Source: Bugula neritina
Lineage: Eukaryota > Animalia > Bryozoa
Reading direction: 5' to 3'
Length of the DNA stretch: 64,000 bases
Assembly: GCA_964035545.1 (NCBI GenBank)
Contig: OZ037770.1
Span: 9,306,973-9,370,972 of the forward strand
The notes below the pieces were generated by a model. It had not been told where the DNA came from. It saw nothing but the letters and a program-made list of their open reading frames with translations, and did no database searches. The first letter of the stretch is position 1; the number at the start of each line of letters is the position of its first letter. Positions 60,839-64,000 of this stretch are shown in pieces. Position numbers and translations under genes: made by a program.

Positions 60839-61003
60839 GGTGATGTGATGTAGTGAGAGTAGCTAACATACAGTGTGGTACACCAGCTAGTAGAGTTCTC
60901 AGTAGCTGATACTAGAGTGTGCTACATTCAAGCCAATCCTCGAGACAAGAATAACTGTCATCTACTGCTCAGGGTGAATCTGAGGTTACACTTATACCTC
61001 TCA

Positions 61004-61017
61004 GTTGCCATGGCGAT
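61004..61017. promoter_or_regulatory. X-box (RFX) upstream of paralog B
   Basis: GTTGCCATGGCGAT about 170 bp upstream of ATG 60838. Confidence 0.6.
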
Positions 61018-61280
61018 CTCATAAGTCGACACTTGAAACAGATGATGTAAAATAAATATACTTTATTTATATTATACTTTAAATTATGAGTTTGATTACT
61101 CAACCATGTGCGTGGACAGGAGTCCTAATGAAACTACAATATTACCTGTCAAGATTAAAAACATCAATGCGGCCCTTTACAAAGACATTAAGCCCCGCAC
61201 TCCTGTTATGCTGGTATTATTTCTATTTTATTTAAATTTTAGAAGATATGAACAAGATGGGCATATCTTTGTAAAATAAT

Positions 61281-61353
61281 TGTCCCGGCTAGGATTCGAA
61301 CCTGAGACCTCTGGCTTGCAAGCAGGTGCACCTAACCATTACACCACAGGGGC
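61281..61353 (-). pseudogene. tRNA-Ala-like pseudogene or head of a second SINE family
   Basis: Minus: GCCCCTGTGGTGTAATGGTTAGGTGCACCTGCTTGCAAGCCAGAGGTCTCAGGTTCGAATCCTAGCCGGGACA; A and B boxes intact but acceptor and anticodon stems mispaired. Confidence 0.55.
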
Positions 61354-61961
61354 TACTTGGTAATCACAACACTACTACAATTCTGATGTAAAACAAGGGG
61401 CCAGTTAGGATAACACTGTTTCAATCTTCATTTTATAAGGAATGTAAAAGGTAAGTGATATTACTAGTGATATTAGTGCTAGTACTAGTACAAATAAGAC
61501 GACCAGAGCAGCGAATTTACCTACCAAGAAGAAGCTGTGAGCAATAAAAGTCAACCCAAGAATATCACTGGTAATATCTGATAAAGTTGATATATTGGAT
61601 AAATTAAAGCCACGAGACTGTCCGCAGAGTTGCAGGTATCAGGGGATAAGAAGTTTAAGAGAACTTTTAAATAAGGAAAATATAAATTCATCACTAAAAA
61701 TTGTAAAAGATCAAAACTGACATTCAACAAGAAAGAACATATATTTTAATTGAGAAAAAATGGGTTTAAGTAGACAAAATTTCAGCGAGTAGGTTGTATA
61801 CAAAAATTGCAGAAAAAATTCATGCAGCTTCAAAAAAATTGGCAATTAGCCTAGAAATTAATGAAAAAAAGCAGACAAAGTTAAAATAATGTAGTACCAT
61901 GGAATGACTTAGCAAATGAAAAAAACAATGAGACTACACATGTTCTAGACCCAAACTATAA

Positions 61962-63385
<1,424 letters not shown>

Positions 63386-64000
63386 CTATTGCTTTGAATA
63401 GATCCATATAAATGCTTGCACAGGCAGATTTGCGGTTGCAGTTTGCATAAATCTATGGTAGTGATTTCATTGAATGAAACTGTTCTAAAACATAAAATGA
63501 GCAATCCATTCCCATAATGCAAAGCCAATGGAAACGCAGTGATAGAGTCAAGTCAATAGAAATTCACAGGTGCATAGGCAAGAGAAAAAACGCTAGAGAG
63601 TTATTACAGAAGGCCCCATCCATGTCGTAGTGGTGAGACAAGCCAACTGCTTAGAAATAAATAACACAATTAGCCCATGTGCAAAAAATATGCGACCTCT
63701 TAGTTCGTAGGATCAAACTGCATAAACAGGGTTCTGAATAGTTCAGACTGAGCACGTCTCCAGTTATAAAACATTACTTAAAGTTGCGTTTATACCTCTA
63801 CTGAAAAAAGTTCCGAGTTTCAGTTAGGAATGAATGTCCGAGTACCTCTTTATAGTCAAACTGAAACTCGGTGAAATCATATTGATGTTGAAGCTTACTT
63901 TCAAAAAGTGTAATCTGACTCGCCTAATTGCTATTTGATGCCCTTTGAAAACATCGCGAATTAGTAAAGTTGACAGCATAAAAGCGATAATTGAGAAGGC

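Noticed and set aside
61281-61353. Functional tRNA-Ala gene
   Set aside because: Acceptor and anticodon stems do not pair properly; treated as a pseudogene or SINE head

Overview
AT-rich, intron-containing animal (probably invertebrate) genomic DNA; there is no prokaryotic or CRISPR content. All genes I could assemble by splice-site and reading-phase logic lie on the minus strand. (1) A very long Bcl-2-family gene resembling BCL2L13/Bcl-rambo (about 23.8 kb down to beyond position 1), with BH3/BH1/BH2-like exons, over 1000 aa of low-complexity C-terminal sequence, coding tandem repeats and a perfect intronic RFX X-box. (2) A small TATA-driven secreted Cys/Thr/Gly-Arg/Pro-rich protein gene (26.4-28.4 kb). 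(3) A young 2.7-kb LTR retroelement with identical 195-bp LTRs, a 5-bp TSD and a tRNA-Ser PBS, encoding only Gag plus protease (30.9-33.7 kb). (4) Two tandem 11-exon paralogs encoding an unrecognised secreted 20-Cys protein, both with an upstream X-box but with unrelated last exons, one GPI-signal-like (36.1-49.4 and 51.4-60.8 kb). (5) The last four exons of ALAD/hemB (62.0-63.3 kb). Introns carry about 11 copies of a tRNA-derived SINE, hAT and Tc1/pogo-type MITEs, a minisatellite made from a MITE terminal repeat, and microsatellites. Gene models were assembled by eye and need RNA-seq confirmation.
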